The notes under the pieces: generated by a model
Database searches by the model: none
What the model was told of the DNA's origin: nothing
The model's input: the letters and a program-made list of their open reading frames with translations, nothing else
Shown: one piece after another, positions 19,473-29,609 of the stretch
Layout: every line of letters begins with the position of its first letter
Numbering within the stretch: the stretch's first letter is position 1
Assembly (NCBI GenBank): GCA_963701665.1
Contig: OY969622.1
Coordinates: forward strand, 160,001-224,000
Reading direction: 5' to 3'
Length of the DNA stretch: 64,000 nucleotides
From: Candidatus Babeliales bacterium
GTDB taxonomy: Bacteria > Babelota > Babeliae > Babelales > JANWKD01
Translations under genes and position numbers: made by a program

Positions 19473-20834
19473 TTAAACTTTTTTTACTGCTGGTGGTAAC
19501 CATTTGCCATCCAAAACATCTTTTTTTGGCCAATATAAGCGCATGCTCAAATTAAATGGTCCTAGTGGCGCGGGTAGCCAATTAGATTCTTTTTCCTTGC
19601 CAGGATTTGTATGTTGAATAAAAATATCAAGTGAGCCATCTTTATTGAATTGCAAAGGATCGCGATCGCCCAGGCCGTAACGTTTGAGTTCATTGCCGAC
19701 GAGAAAACTTCTATCATCATATAAAGTAACTGACCAAAATGCGTTCACCGGCGGAATCTCACTCGCTTTAAAATGAAGAACGTACGCATGGTGGCCATCC
19801 AAAAGATTGCCCTCGTTATCAACAAAGGTTGTTGGGTATATCGCATCATCAGGAAGATTTGCGCCAATGCCAACATACGCAACAACAGCGCGCGTCAGAT
19901 AATCAGTGCCGTACGTTCCAATGCCATACAGCAATCGCCACCCGTTTTTTATCTTCCCAAAATTTTTCGACGCAGTTTCTATTTCTTTTTGTGCTGCGCG
20001 CATCCCTTCTTCAAGGCATGTTTGCTCTTCAGATGAAACGCGTACAGCATCAAAATCGTTGCCCGGTTCAATGCCGAGGTTTTTTAGCGTGTTCATCATA
20101 TCCCCATCAGCATACGAGGGCGGATTTGTTTTTAACGCGTGCGCAAAGGTTTGAAAAAAAGTTTTTGCATCCATTGCCGCAACGATATCGACGGGTGCTT
20201 TTTGTAAGCGTACGTTTGATGACGGCGCGTACGTTTTTTGCACGCGTGGCTTTTTACGCCACTCGTTCAACGGTGTGAGCGTGTATCCTTTTTGTAGCGA
20301 GTGCACATAATCATAATCTTTTTTGCCGTTCGTTTGCGTTCTTCCTAAAATCCACACGGTGTTTGTTGGTGCTTGAATTTTTTGTAATGAATCGGGGACC
20401 GTGCCTTTCCATGAAGGGCCCACCAATAAAAATTGTTGCTGGCGCGTGCCGGTTGTTCGTTTACCGACTGAAGCAAATACATTTGTCCATGCATCAAGCA
20501 TCTCAAGAAGATAATAACGTCCGCGCGTATCGGGCACCGTAAGGACAACAGGTTCTTTTTCCAGATCTAACCACGCGTTTGAATAAAGCGTGTCGACATT
20601 GGGGCGTACGATTGCGGTGAAACGCTCGTCAGGAAAAGCTGCGAGATGTGCAAATTGATTAATCGGCGCATAGGCTGATGTCATACTATTTTTTGTGACC
20701 TCAACAAGCACAAGGGGATAGGCAAAAATGTAGGCACCTTTTGCTGTGTTTAATAATTCAGGTGAGCATGATGCATAAGTTTGTGAGAACGGTAAGCAGA
20801 AAAATCCAAGCATTAGCCAATAATTTTGTTTCAT
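19473..20834 (-). CDS. DUF1254/DUF1214-type periplasmic protein
   Basis: AYPLV, RPNVDTLYS.AWLDL, GRYYL, PPVNAFWSVTLY, SNWLPAP, MRLYWP. Confidence 0.9.
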   Translation of the reverse strand: MKQNYWLMLGFFCLPFSQTYASCSPELLNTAKGAYIFAYPLVLVEVTKNSMTSAYAPINQFAHLAAFPDERFTAIVRPNVDTLYSNAWLDLEKEPVVLTVPDTRGRYYLLEMLDAWTNVFASVGKRTTGTRQQQFLLVGPSWKGTVPDSLQKIQAPTNTVWILGRTQTNGKKDYDYVHSLQKGYTLTPLNEWRKKPRVQKTYAPSSNVRLQKAPVDIVAAMDAKTFFQTFAHALKTNPPSYADGDMMNTLKNLGIEPGNDFDAVRVSSEEQTCLEEGMRAAQKEIETASKNFGKIKNGWRLLYGIGTYGTDYLTRAVVAYVGIGANLPDDAIYPTTFVDNEGNLLDGHHAYVLHFKASEIPPVNAFWSVTLYDDRSFLVGNELKRYGLGDRDPLQFNKDGSLDIFIQHTNPGKEKESNWLPAPLGPFNLSMRLYWPKKDVLDGKWLPPAVKKV

Positions 20835-20851
20835 GTGTCCCCTCCTAAGGT

Positions 20852-22282
20852 TTATTGATTTGCTTTTGCTTCTTCAAGCAGTTTATGAATTTCTGGATCA
20901 TCTTCCGTTAACGCTAAATCTTGTTCTGAAATTGGGCTGCCACGTTCAATGAAAAGTTTAATAACTTCCACTTTTTTTTCTAAAGGCGTTTCTTCAAAAA
21001 TATTTATAAATTGTGTCAATGGAGATTCTTCATTGCTTTCTTGATTTTGAACATTGGTTCTGGGATCTTTAAGTAGCGCAATTAAGATGTCAATGGTTAC
21101 AGGACTACTCGCAAAGTCCATTTCTTCATCAGATAATATGGCGATCCTTAGAGGACTTTCGGTATGGTCGCCTTTATTTGGATTTGCGCCACGGGCAAGA
21201 AGAAATTGTACGAGCTCAAGATGCACATGCTTGATGGCGTTATACAACATGGTGCCATCTTGTTCACTGCCAAAATCTATTGGGAATCCTGCTTGCAATA
21301 ATCTTGAGATAATATTGATATTTCCTGATTTTCCTGCCATACGGGCAAGAGTTGTTTGTCCTTCAGGGTTATTGGGATCAAAGAATATCTCTTCTAATTT
21401 GGGTTTATAGTTGAGCAATTCATTAACAGCGGCCTCATTACCTGCCTCAACAGCGTACATTAAAGCTGTCCAGCCGTGTCTATCGGTTACATCTACAGAA
21501 TAACCGTAGTCAAGTAATATCTTGATGGCATCAGGATAATCTTTTTTTGCAGCAATAATGAGCAGGTGTGTAAATGTATCAAAATTGTAATAGGGTAATA
21601 GTGGAGACAACCATTGAGGTGAATTCGCCATGATCAATAAAAAGGCATTTTGCTTACTCTTGTTCTTCTGGGCAAGATGTTTTACCATATCAAACCCTTC
21701 AATTTTAAGTAAGCGATTGAAGATTGTGATAAAAATTTTATAATCCCCTGTTTTGATTGCATTAATAAGAGGTGTTGAACCAAATATATCTCCAGTATCT
21801 AAATCCAATGGCATGAGAGCATTTTCTAAAAGTGATTGAGCTGCATCAGTTTTACGCAGAGCAAGGTAATAATTCAAAACTGTTTGACCATCATCGTTTG
21901 TAAGATTAGGATCAGCGCCATTATCAAGTAAAAACTTTATATCATCAACATCATGAATCTGATGCAGAATTGTATTGCCAAAAAAAAGACGATCATTAAA
22001 AATAGCAGCCAAAACTTCTACAGGAATTTTTTCAGTTAATGTGCGTATGCTTTCCTTCTCATTTAGTAATTTTTGTACACGATGTCTTAAGTGGGGTAGC
22101 GTAATTTTGAACAAGCTTGGAACTCTGCTTTCTTCAAGCTTTTCTCGTTTAATTTCAGGTTGTTCCTGGATTTGTTCAGATGGTTCTTCTTCTCGTTTTC
22201 TTTTTTTTTCTTCCATAGAAAAGATTGGGCATACTGAGCATATGAGAGCTAATTCTAGTCCCATAAGAATATAAAGTTTCAT
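20852..22282 (-). CDS. secreted ankyrin-repeat protein with NLS-like motif
   Basis: Ankyrin repeats; signal peptide IFS-M followed by EEKKRKR. Confidence 0.9.
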   Translation of the reverse strand: MKLYILMGLELALICSVCPIFSMEEKKRKREEEPSEQIQEQPEIKREKLEESRVPSLFKITLPHLRHRVQKLLNEKESIRTLTEKIPVEVLAAIFNDRLFFGNTILHQIHDVDDIKFLLDNGADPNLTNDDGQTVLNYYLALRKTDAAQSLLENALMPLDLDTGDIFGSTPLINAIKTGDYKIFITIFNRLLKIEGFDMVKHLAQKNKSKQNAFLLIMANSPQWLSPLLPYYNFDTFTHLLIIAAKKDYPDAIKILLDYGYSVDVTDRHGWTALMYAVEAGNEAAVNELLNYKPKLEEIFFDPNNPEGQTTLARMAGKSGNINIISRLLQAGFPIDFGSEQDGTMLYNAIKHVHLELVQFLLARGANPNKGDHTESPLRIAILSDEEMDFASSPVTIDILIALLKDPRTNVQNQESNEESPLTQFINIFEETPLEKKVEVIKLFIERGSPISEQDLALTEDDPEIHKLLEEAKANQ

Positions 22283-22386
22283 TTCTCGATTCTCCTTTTT
22301 AATTCAGGCGAACATTGAACTCTTGCTGTGTGTGTTGGTATGAGAACGCAGAAAAATGCGGCGAATATCAAAATTTTCTGTTTCAT
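22279..22386 (-). pseudogene. 35-aa remnant resembling the DUF1254 gene N-terminus
   Basis: MKQKILIFAAFFCVLIPTHTARVQCSPEL vs MKQNYWLMLGFFCLPFSQTYASCSPEL. Confidence 0.5.
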
Positions 22387-22416
22387 AGAAACCTTCCATA
22401 TTTGAAAGAAGATGAG

Positions 22417-23847
22417 TTATTGATTTTCTTGTGATTCTTTAAGAAATTTATAAATTTCTTGATAATCTTGGTCTTGGGCGGCCTCCAATGCATCTTTGGG
22501 TATAGGGATGCCATGCGCAATGAATAGTTTAACTATCTCTATTTGTGCCTCATGGGATATTTTATCTATGAGCCTTTCCGTCATGAATTCATAAATAAGC
22601 TTGCCTTTTTTTATATTGAATTGTGGACTTTCTATTAAGGCAGTTATGATTTCAAGAATTAAAGAAATATTGTTGAAATCGCCGCGATATCTCTTGAAGA
22701 ATCCATGTAACAATGAGTTGTCTTTAAAGGTATGGCGATTCGGATTTGCACCATGTGCAAGAAGAAACTTTACTAATTGCAGATGGCCTGAAATAGCTGC
22801 ATTATAGAGCATAGTTCCTGAGTAGTTCGTTTGGTTGTCTATGTCCAATCCTGCTTTTAATAGTTTTGAGGCAATACTAATGCTGCCTGTTTGGCCTGCT
22901 ATGCTTGCAATAGTTTTTTCAGGTTTGAATTTAACATAAACTTTTTTTAAATCTGGTTTATATTTTAATAATTCATCTATGGCTGCTTCATTACCTGCCC
23001 CAACAGCATATGCAAAAGCATCAAGTCCATGTGAATCAACCAAGTCAATCGGATAATCGTTTTTAAGTAGGATCTTGATACTTTTAACATAATTATTTTT
23101 TGTTGCCACGATAAGCAAATGCTCATCTTCAAGATTAATATAGGGAAGCAAGAGTGGTAATAATTCAGGTGCATAGATGGTTGCCAAAATACAAGGTGTT
23201 TGGTTGATAGTATTGCCTTGCAAAATGTAAGAATGTATATCTATTTCTGGATTTCCCAAGGCTCGATTCATAATGCTTTCAACAATATCATAATCACCTG
23301 TTTTAATAGCGTTGAGTAATGGCGTTGAACCAAAACGATCAGGAGTGCTAACATCGAGGCTATCCGGAGCTAATTCTAAAAGTTTTTGCGCAAGCTCAAT
23401 TTTGTGCTGAGCAAGATAATAATTCAAAACTGTTTGTCCATCAAAATTCTGTATATTAGGATTTGCACCGCGTTCCAAAAGACTTTGAACATCATTGCTA
23501 TCACTTATGAGGTGAAACATCGTATTGCCAAAAAAAAGAGGATCATTAAAGATTTTACTAAATACTTCAATGGGAATAGGTTGATCTGGAGAAATGCTGA
23601 GGCTTTTCTTTCGGTTTAATAACTCTAGCGCATACTGCCTTAAGTAGGGTAAGGTAAGCTGGAATAGGCTAGGAACGTTGCTTTTTTCTTCTTCAAGCTT
23701 TTCTCGTTTAATTTCAGGTTGTTCCTCAAGTTGTTTGGCGGGTTCTTCTTCTCGTTTTCTTTTTTTTTCTTCCATAGAAAAGATTGGGCATATCGATGAG
23801 CAGATGAGAAGAACTAATTCTAATCCAATAAGAATATGTAGTTTCAT
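22417..23847 (-). CDS. secreted ankyrin-repeat protein, tandem paralog of 20852..22282
   Basis: Near-identical N-terminus, same 476-aa length. Confidence 0.9.
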   Translation of the reverse strand: MKLHILIGLELVLLICSSICPIFSMEEKKRKREEEPAKQLEEQPEIKREKLEEEKSNVPSLFQLTLPYLRQYALELLNRKKSLSISPDQPIPIEVFSKIFNDPLFFGNTMFHLISDSNDVQSLLERGANPNIQNFDGQTVLNYYLAQHKIELAQKLLELAPDSLDVSTPDRFGSTPLLNAIKTGDYDIVESIMNRALGNPEIDIHSYILQGNTINQTPCILATIYAPELLPLLLPYINLEDEHLLIVATKNNYVKSIKILLKNDYPIDLVDSHGLDAFAYAVGAGNEAAIDELLKYKPDLKKVYVKFKPEKTIASIAGQTGSISIASKLLKAGLDIDNQTNYSGTMLYNAAISGHLQLVKFLLAHGANPNRHTFKDNSLLHGFFKRYRGDFNNISLILEIITALIESPQFNIKKGKLIYEFMTERLIDKISHEAQIEIVKLFIAHGIPIPKDALEAAQDQDYQEIYKFLKESQENQ

Positions 23848-23977
23848 TCTTTCCCCCCTTTACTTTTCTAGAAAATATATCTGTTTTTTAGCATAAATAG
23901 TTCTATTTGAAAAAATCTACAAATTGATTGTTTTTGTAAATTCACAAGGAAAGGTGTTTGATGTATACTAAAAAATA

Positions 23978-25525
23978 ATGGATCTATTAAAGGAGTTTAT
24001 GAATCGTAACGTCGTTGTGCTATTTTTGGCATTGTTTTTTATCCCGTCTATGTTGGCTTTCAATTTTTTAACACGCTATCTTCCACGGTATGAAGAGCGA
24101 TGGTCATGGCATGAGCTAGGGACTGTTTCTCTGAAGTTTCCTGGAAATTTTTTCTTTGGAACCGCTGATTCGGCGTTCCAAGTTGAAGGGGCTATCGGTG
24201 TTAACGGTAAAATTACCCAAAATAGTTGGATGTGTTGGGAAGAAAAAAGAAATATTCCTTTTGAAGAAAGAGCCGGGAATGCTTGTGAGCGGTGGACGCA
24301 TATACATGAAGATGTACACTTTATGAAACATATAGGCATCAAAGCTCATCGTTTCTCAATAGAATGGAGCAAGGTTGAACCCGAAAAAGGAATTTTTGAT
24401 CATGAGGCAATGCAGCATTATATAGAATACATACGAGAAATGATCAACCATGGCATTACTCCCATCCCCACGCTTTTCCATCACACATGGCCGCTATGGT
24501 TTGAATATCCAGAAGAAACCAAACAAGGAACGCGTGGCATGGCATTTGAGGACGCGCGCAATATAGCTGATTTTGTTGAGTTTGCCTTATATGTGATACG
24601 CGCGCTTGAAAAAGCAGGATTGCTTAATGAGGTGCGTATGTGGCTCACCTTTAATGAACCAATTACTTTTGCCTTATCTGGCTACGTGCATGGCTCTATG
24701 CCACCAGGCAAAAAGGCAGATTTCAAAACGGCAGGCGTCGTTGCAAAAAATATGCTTGATGCGCATATAAAAATTTATGACGAATTCAAAAAAATTGATC
24801 CTAGTTTACAGATTAGCTTTGCGCATGCGGTTATTCCTTTTTATCCTTATAATCCCTGGAACCCAATCGAACGGTATGCTGCTAAATTTATAGATTATCT
24901 GACGAATGATGTTGCCTTAGAATATTTCAAGACGGGTGTTTTCCGATGGTTTACCAAAGATATCTCTTGGTTAAAGATTTTTACGGGGAATGTTAGAGCT
25001 GGAATTTTCACTGAACAGTATAATGCTAACGCGTGCCACAAATTGGATTTTATTGGTCTCAATTATTATTCCAATATTTTACTCAAGATGATTTCTTTTG
25101 AAAAATCTGGTGTGAAATGGTTTAAACAAAAAGCGCGGCCTTTTGAAAAACTTGCCGATGGTTATGACGTTCCTAAAGTACGAGCATTATATGCCGAGGG
25201 TTTATACCATTCAATTAAACGAGTGTCATCCCTTGGTGTTCCCATCATAATTACAGAAAATGGTTTTGCTGCTAAAACCGATGCACTTCGTGATGAATAT
25301 ATTAAAAAACATCTCTATGCTGTGCATAAAGCAATTCAAGATGGCTATGATGTTCGTGGGTATCTCTTTTGGACACTCATGGATTGTTTTGGATGGGACA
25401 GTAAGCACAGTCATCACGGTATCTATGCAGTAGATTTTACGACGCAGATGCGAACATTAAAGCCAAACGCTCAATTTCTTGTCGACGTCATGAACAACCA
25501 TGTTCAACAGATTGCTTTCCAATAA
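23978..25525 (+). CDS. glycoside hydrolase family 1 (beta-glucosidase-like), secreted
   Basis: TADSAFQVEG, RFSIEWS, TFNEP acid/base, ITENG nucleophile; likely start 23999. Confidence 0.93.
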   Translation: MDLLKEFMNRNVVVLFLALFFIPSMLAFNFLTRYLPRYEERWSWHELGTVSLKFPGNFFFGTADSAFQVEGAIGVNGKITQNSWMCWEEKRNIPFEERAGNACERWTHIHEDVHFMKHIGIKAHRFSIEWSKVEPEKGIFDHEAMQHYIEYIREMINHGITPIPTLFHHTWPLWFEYPEETKQGTRGMAFEDARNIADFVEFALYVIRALEKAGLLNEVRMWLTFNEPITFALSGYVHGSMPPGKKADFKTAGVVAKNMLDAHIKIYDEFKKIDPSLQISFAHAVIPFYPYNPWNPIERYAAKFIDYLTNDVALEYFKTGVFRWFTKDISWLKIFTGNVRAGIFTEQYNANACHKLDFIGLNYYSNILLKMISFEKSGVKWFKQKARPFEKLADGYDVPKVRALYAEGLYHSIKRVSSLGVPIIITENGFAAKTDALRDEYIKKHLYAVHKAIQDGYDVRGYLFWTLMDCFGWDSKHSHHGIYAVDFTTQMRTLKPNAQFLVDVMNNHVQQIAFQ

Positions 25526-25593
25526 TACTTGACCTCAGTTCCTAGAAATAGTGTACGCTCGAGTCTGAACATCTCACTATTGAAAGTTAAACT

Positions 25594-26139
25594 ATGACTT
25601 TAGAGACGAGTGCACATATGCAAGCACAAGCTGCGTTTGCAGGAGGCTGTTTTTGGTGTATGCAACAGCCGTATGATACGTTGCCTGGCGTGCAGCAAGT
25701 TGTTGTCGGGTATATGGGCGGCAGTAATCAAAATCCAACGTATGAAAATTTCGCGCGTTATGGACATAGAGAAGTTGCGCATATTCTTTTTGATCCAGAA
25801 AAAACCTCGTATCGAGACTTACTTGCGGTTTTTTGGAAAAATATTGATCCCACTGATGCGAGTGGCCAGTTTGCAGATCGAGGGAATCAATATAAAACAG
25901 CCATTTTTTATTACAACGATGAACAAAAACGGCAATCCGAGCGTTCAAAAAAAGATCTCGAGGCATCGGGAAAATTTTCGCAACCAATCATGACGGAAAT
26001 TCTTAAAGCCTCAGAATTTTATCCTGCCGAAGAATATCACCAAGCATATTACCAAAAAAATCCTGAACAGTATGCTTCATATAAATATCGCTCGGGCCGT
26101 GAGCCTTTTTTGAAAAAAACATGGAAAGATAATGAATAA
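25594..26139 (+). CDS. msrA: peptide methionine sulfoxide reductase A
   Basis: [26 protein letters not shown]. Confidence 0.96.
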   Translation: MTLETSAHMQAQAAFAGGCFWCMQQPYDTLPGVQQVVVGYMGGSNQNPTYENFARYGHREVAHILFDPEKTSYRDLLAVFWKNIDPTDASGQFADRGNQYKTAIFYYNDEQKRQSERSKKDLEASGKFSQPIMTEILKASEFYPAEEYHQAYYQKNPEQYASYKYRSGREPFLKKTWKDNE

Positions 26140-26578
26140 TTTCAAAAAACCCTCAACTGAAGAATTAAAGAAAAAATTAACACCACTGCAATATAAAGTC
26201 ACACAAGAGAATGGCACGGAGCAGCCATTTGCCAATGAGTATGTGAACAACAAAAAAGATGGGATCTATGTTGATATTGTTTCTGGTGAGCCGTTATTTA
26301 GCTCGCGAGATAAGTATGATTCAGGCTGCGGCTGGCCAAGTTTCACACAACCACTTGCGTCAGAAAATGTGCAAGAAAAAAAAGATCTTAGCCTTGGTAT
26401 GGTGCGTACGGAAATTCGGAGTATTCACGCTGATTCTCATTTAGGGCATCTATTTCCTGATGGGCCGAAACCAACAGGATTGCGCTATTGTATAAATTCT
26501 GCGGCACTTCGTTTTATTCCGGTTGAAGATTTAGAAAAAGAAGGCTATGGGGCATATCTCAAATATTTTTCTCAATGA
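26132..26578 (+). CDS. msrB: peptide methionine sulfoxide reductase B
   Basis: [27 protein letters not shown]. Confidence 0.96.
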   Translation: MNNFKKPSTEELKKKLTPLQYKVTQENGTEQPFANEYVNNKKDGIYVDIVSGEPLFSSRDKYDSGCGWPSFTQPLASENVQEKKDLSLGMVRTEIRSIHADSHLGHLFPDGPKPTGLRYCINSAALRFIPVEDLEKEGYGAYLKYFSQ

Positions 26579-26814
26579 TTGTGTATATCTTAATCCAAGA
26601 TAGGATATTTCTTCTCTCCAGGTTCATCTTGTGCAAATTAGCATTTTGATTGCAAAATTACACGACTCTTCCCTGTTTTTTACATTTTAAGAATTATTGA
26701 ATTTCCTCAGTACCACAACACTTTTTAAAAATGATTTGAAAAAAGCTTTGTAAATTACAAAGCTTTACTATTAAGCGAGAGCTAAAACATGATGATAATT
26801 CAATAATATGTTGC

Positions 26815-27081
26815 TTAAAATAAATCACTATGTGTCCCCATTCTAAGCAAAACTATTGCAGTTGTAGTTTTTTCATATATTAACAGCCAATCAGGCTCTA
26901 TGTGACATTCCCAGCAATCTTTAAATTCACCCAATAATTTATGATTACGATTTTTGGCAGGCAAAGGTTTTTCTGTGACTAATAAATCAACAATGTCAGA
27001 AAGCTTTTTCATATTTTTGCCACGTTTTTTTAATTTTTCCAAATCTTTGTCAAAACGCCCATGATAGAAAAGCTGTAACAT
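26815..27081 (-). CDS. YafQ-family mRNA interferase toxin
   Basis: RNH.L.G, ECHIEPDWLLIY, R.GTHSDLF. Confidence 0.93.
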   Translation of the reverse strand: MLQLFYHGRFDKDLEKLKKRGKNMKKLSDIVDLLVTEKPLPAKNRNHKLLGEFKDCWECHIEPDWLLIYEKTTTAIVLLRMGTHSDLF

Positions 27082-27345
27082 TTAGAGTCCTAATTTTTTT
27101 TTGAAAGCTTTTAAATCTTGTACTTCAAAAATATTTTTACCTTTTTTAGCACTTTCAATTGTTTTCAATGTTGTCTTATTAGGATAATGATCACTATTCA
27201 AACATTCTTCCGTTGCTTCTAATGATTCCAAAATAATATCTTTCATGCTCTTTCCAAGCATTGCTGCTCGCATTTTAAGCCTTTTATGTTGCTCTTTTGG
27301 CATTTCAATAATTATTCTAGAAATTTCATTTCTTGGAGAAGCCAT
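27082..27345 (-). CDS. ribbon-helix-helix antitoxin partner of the YafQ-type toxin
   Basis: SRIIIEMP..QHKRLK..AA..GKSMKDII plus DinJ-like PN.TT...IE tail; likely start 27345 after AGGAG. Confidence 0.8.
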   Translation of the reverse strand: MASPRNEISRIIIEMPKEQHKRLKMRAAMLGKSMKDIILESLEATEECLNSDHYPNKTTLKTIESAKKGKNIFEVQDLKAFKKKLGL

Positions 27346-27441
27346 ATAAAAACTCCTAAAAAAACCTCTGTTTTTAATAAATATATAAATATATATTAAC
27401 ATAAATATAATAAAATGTATGCTTTTTTACATTTTTAAAAG

Positions 27442-27801
27442 TTATTGGATGGTACATCTTTTCTTAGATTTTGGCTTACGCTCATCAATTTTTTTAAAAG
27501 TTTCTATAATATTTAAAAATTCCTTAATTTCATAGTCACTTGCTTGGTATCCTGGACCGGTCAAGATTACTTTCTTACGTAAAGGTGCAATTATTGCCTG
27601 AATGGAAGAACTTTCATCAGATAAAATTATGATGGCATCTTCATTTTTCTTCTGTGATCTCAGAATAGATTTTATAAGCTTGTTTTCGTTTCCTTTGCAA
27701 TATTCGAGTAACGCTACTTTATAGCTTTCTTCACGTCCCATCGATTGTATAGCAATGAACCATATGCTGAGGCCCAGCATACATAGTTTTTGTATTTTCA
27801 T
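27442..27801 (-). CDS. secreted hypothetical protein with C-terminal polybasic CaaX motif
   Basis: Signal peptide IQS-M; ends KPKSKKRCTIQ. Confidence 0.7.
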   Translation of the reverse strand: MKIQKLCMLGLSIWFIAIQSMGREESYKVALLEYCKGNENKLIKSILRSQKKNEDAIIILSDESSSIQAIIAPLRKKVILTGPGYQASDYEIKEFLNIIETFKKIDERKPKSKKRCTIQ

Positions 27802-27893
27802 AGTCTTAAAGATTTTTATAAAATTTTATTGATTGGTTATTTTTTTTACTTTTGATACTTTAAAAAAAGTACATTACAAAGGAGTTTTTATCC

Positions 27894-29609
27894 ATGCGCT
27901 TTTTTCTCCTTATGTTAACAGCATGCCTGCTAACTGGCCTAAATGCAATACTGCCGCCATTTTTACAGCATAAAAATATATGGGCGGAGCAAATGTTAAA
28001 ATCAATGACGCTTCAAGAAAAAATAGGGCAACTCTTTGTTGTTGCTGCGGTGTCAGATTTCGAGCAACCTAATGAAATTCTTGCAAGTTCTTTGATGGCA
28101 TCGCCGTATATAATGGATGAAGAACATGTCGCTACGCTCATTGAAAAATATCATGTTGGCGGTGTTATTTTTTTATATAAAAGTACGCCGCAAAAACAAT
28201 TAGCACTTACTGCAACATTTCAAAAGCTCTCAAAAATTCCTTTGTTGATTGTTCAAGATGCAGAATGGGGATTGAGCATGCGCTTGGATAAAGATCCCTC
28301 TACCGTTGTACGCTATCCTAGAAATATGACCCTGGGTGCACTCGCTGATGAAAAACTTATGTATAGCTATGGGTACGAAGTTGGACAACAATGTGCTGCT
28401 CTGGGAGTACATTTAAATTGTGCTCCCGTCGTTGATGTTAATTGTAACCGCAACAATCCTGTTATTCATGATCGTTCTTTTGGCGATGATCCTCACCATG
28501 TTGCACAATATGGAGAGCTTTTTGCACGGGGGTTACATGATGCAAGAGTGCTTGCATGCGCAAAACATTGTCCTGGTCATGGAGATACCTTTATTGATTC
28601 GCATTTGGCTTTGCCTACCATTGATCATGATCGTGAACGACTTGACGCCGTTGAGCTTGTATCATTTAAAAAATTAATCCACGAAGGTGTTGCGAGCATT
28701 ATGATGGGACATCTTTCAGTCCCTGCGCTTGATGAAACATGTCAGCCCGCAAGTGTGTCTCATACAATCGTTACTGATTTTTTGAAACATGAACTTGGCT
28801 TTGAAGGTTTGGTGATTACCGATGGACTTGGCATGAAAGCCCTCACCAACTACTATCAACCCGGGGATTTGGAATTAGCGGCTTTTTTAGCTGGCAATGA
28901 TATTTTGTTGTGTCCGCTTGATGTCCCTGGTGCCATCGCGCGTATTGAAGAGGCCATTAGAACGCGCGTTGTTTCTGAGCAAGATCTTGATGAACGCGTG
29001 CTTAAAATTTTACAAGCCAAAGCGTGGGTATTTGAAAAGCAAAAACAATTTCATGAAACGCGCGTGGAAAGTGTTGAAGATTTTTTAGTGCGTCCGGATG
29101 CGCGTGCATTACAAGAAACATTATACCGCAATGCGCTTACCTTTGTTAAAAAAGACGAAACTATGCAATTTGGCCCCGAGTTATTGAATAATGCTTGTCT
29201 CATTTCCTTTGGGAGTTCATCGCCAGCAACATTGTTAGAAAAACTTAAAGAACACGGTGCAACTTTTTTGAACTATCCATTAGCATGTGATGCTGATATC
29301 ATCAATGAAATTATGGAAAAAACGCAGAGTGTGCCGGATGTTATTATTACACTCGCCAGCCTAACTAGGAATGTTGATCAAAATTTTGGTATTCCTTCTG
29401 AGCTGAGAAATCTTATTGCAGCTTTAAAAAGTGCTGGTAAGCGAGTGCATAGTATTGTTTTTGGTACGCCCTATAGTGTACCGCTCCTCGATAATGGCGA
29501 TACATTGCTCGTTGCCTACGAGGAAACTGAGGCAGCACAAGATGCAGTTGGTGATGTGTTACTCGGTGCTTACCAACCAACGGGCAAACTACCTGTCAAT
29601 CCATATTAG
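27894..29609 (+). CDS. glycoside hydrolase family 3 (beta-N-acetylhexosaminidase-like)
   Basis: DAEWG, APVVD, RSFG, KHCPGHGDT..DSH, ITDGL.M, PTGKLP. Confidence 0.93.
   Translation: MRFFLLMLTACLLTGLNAILPPFLQHKNIWAEQMLKSMTLQEKIGQLFVVAAVSDFEQPNEILASSLMASPYIMDEEHVATLIEKYHVGGVIFLYKSTPQKQLALTATFQKLSKIPLLIVQDAEWGLSMRLDKDPSTVVRYPRNMTLGALADEKLMYSYGYEVGQQCAALGVHLNCAPVVDVNCNRNNPVIHDRSFGDDPHHVAQYGELFARGLHDARVLACAKHCPGHGDTFIDSHLALPTIDHDRERLDAVELVSFKKLIHEGVASIMMGHLSVPALDETCQPASVSHTIVTDFLKHELGFEGLVITDGLGMKALTNYYQPGDLELAAFLAGNDILLCPLDVPGAIARIEEAIRTRVVSEQDLDERVLKILQAKAWVFEKQKQFHETRVESVEDFLVRPDARALQETLYRNALTFVKKDETMQFGPELLNNACLISFGSSSPATLLEKLKEHGATFLNYPLACDADIINEIMEKTQSVPDVIITLASLTRNVDQNFGIPSELRNLIAALKSAGKRVHSIVFGTPYSVPLLDNGDTLLVAYEETEAAQDAVGDVLLGAYQPTGKLPVNPY

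Noticed and set aside
19773..20548. Several alternative-frame and antisense ORFs over the DUF1254 gene, and similar shadow ORFs over msrA, mutL, ftsY and the ankyrin genes
   Set aside because: They lie within well-supported genes, lack recognisable motifs and are expected by chance.
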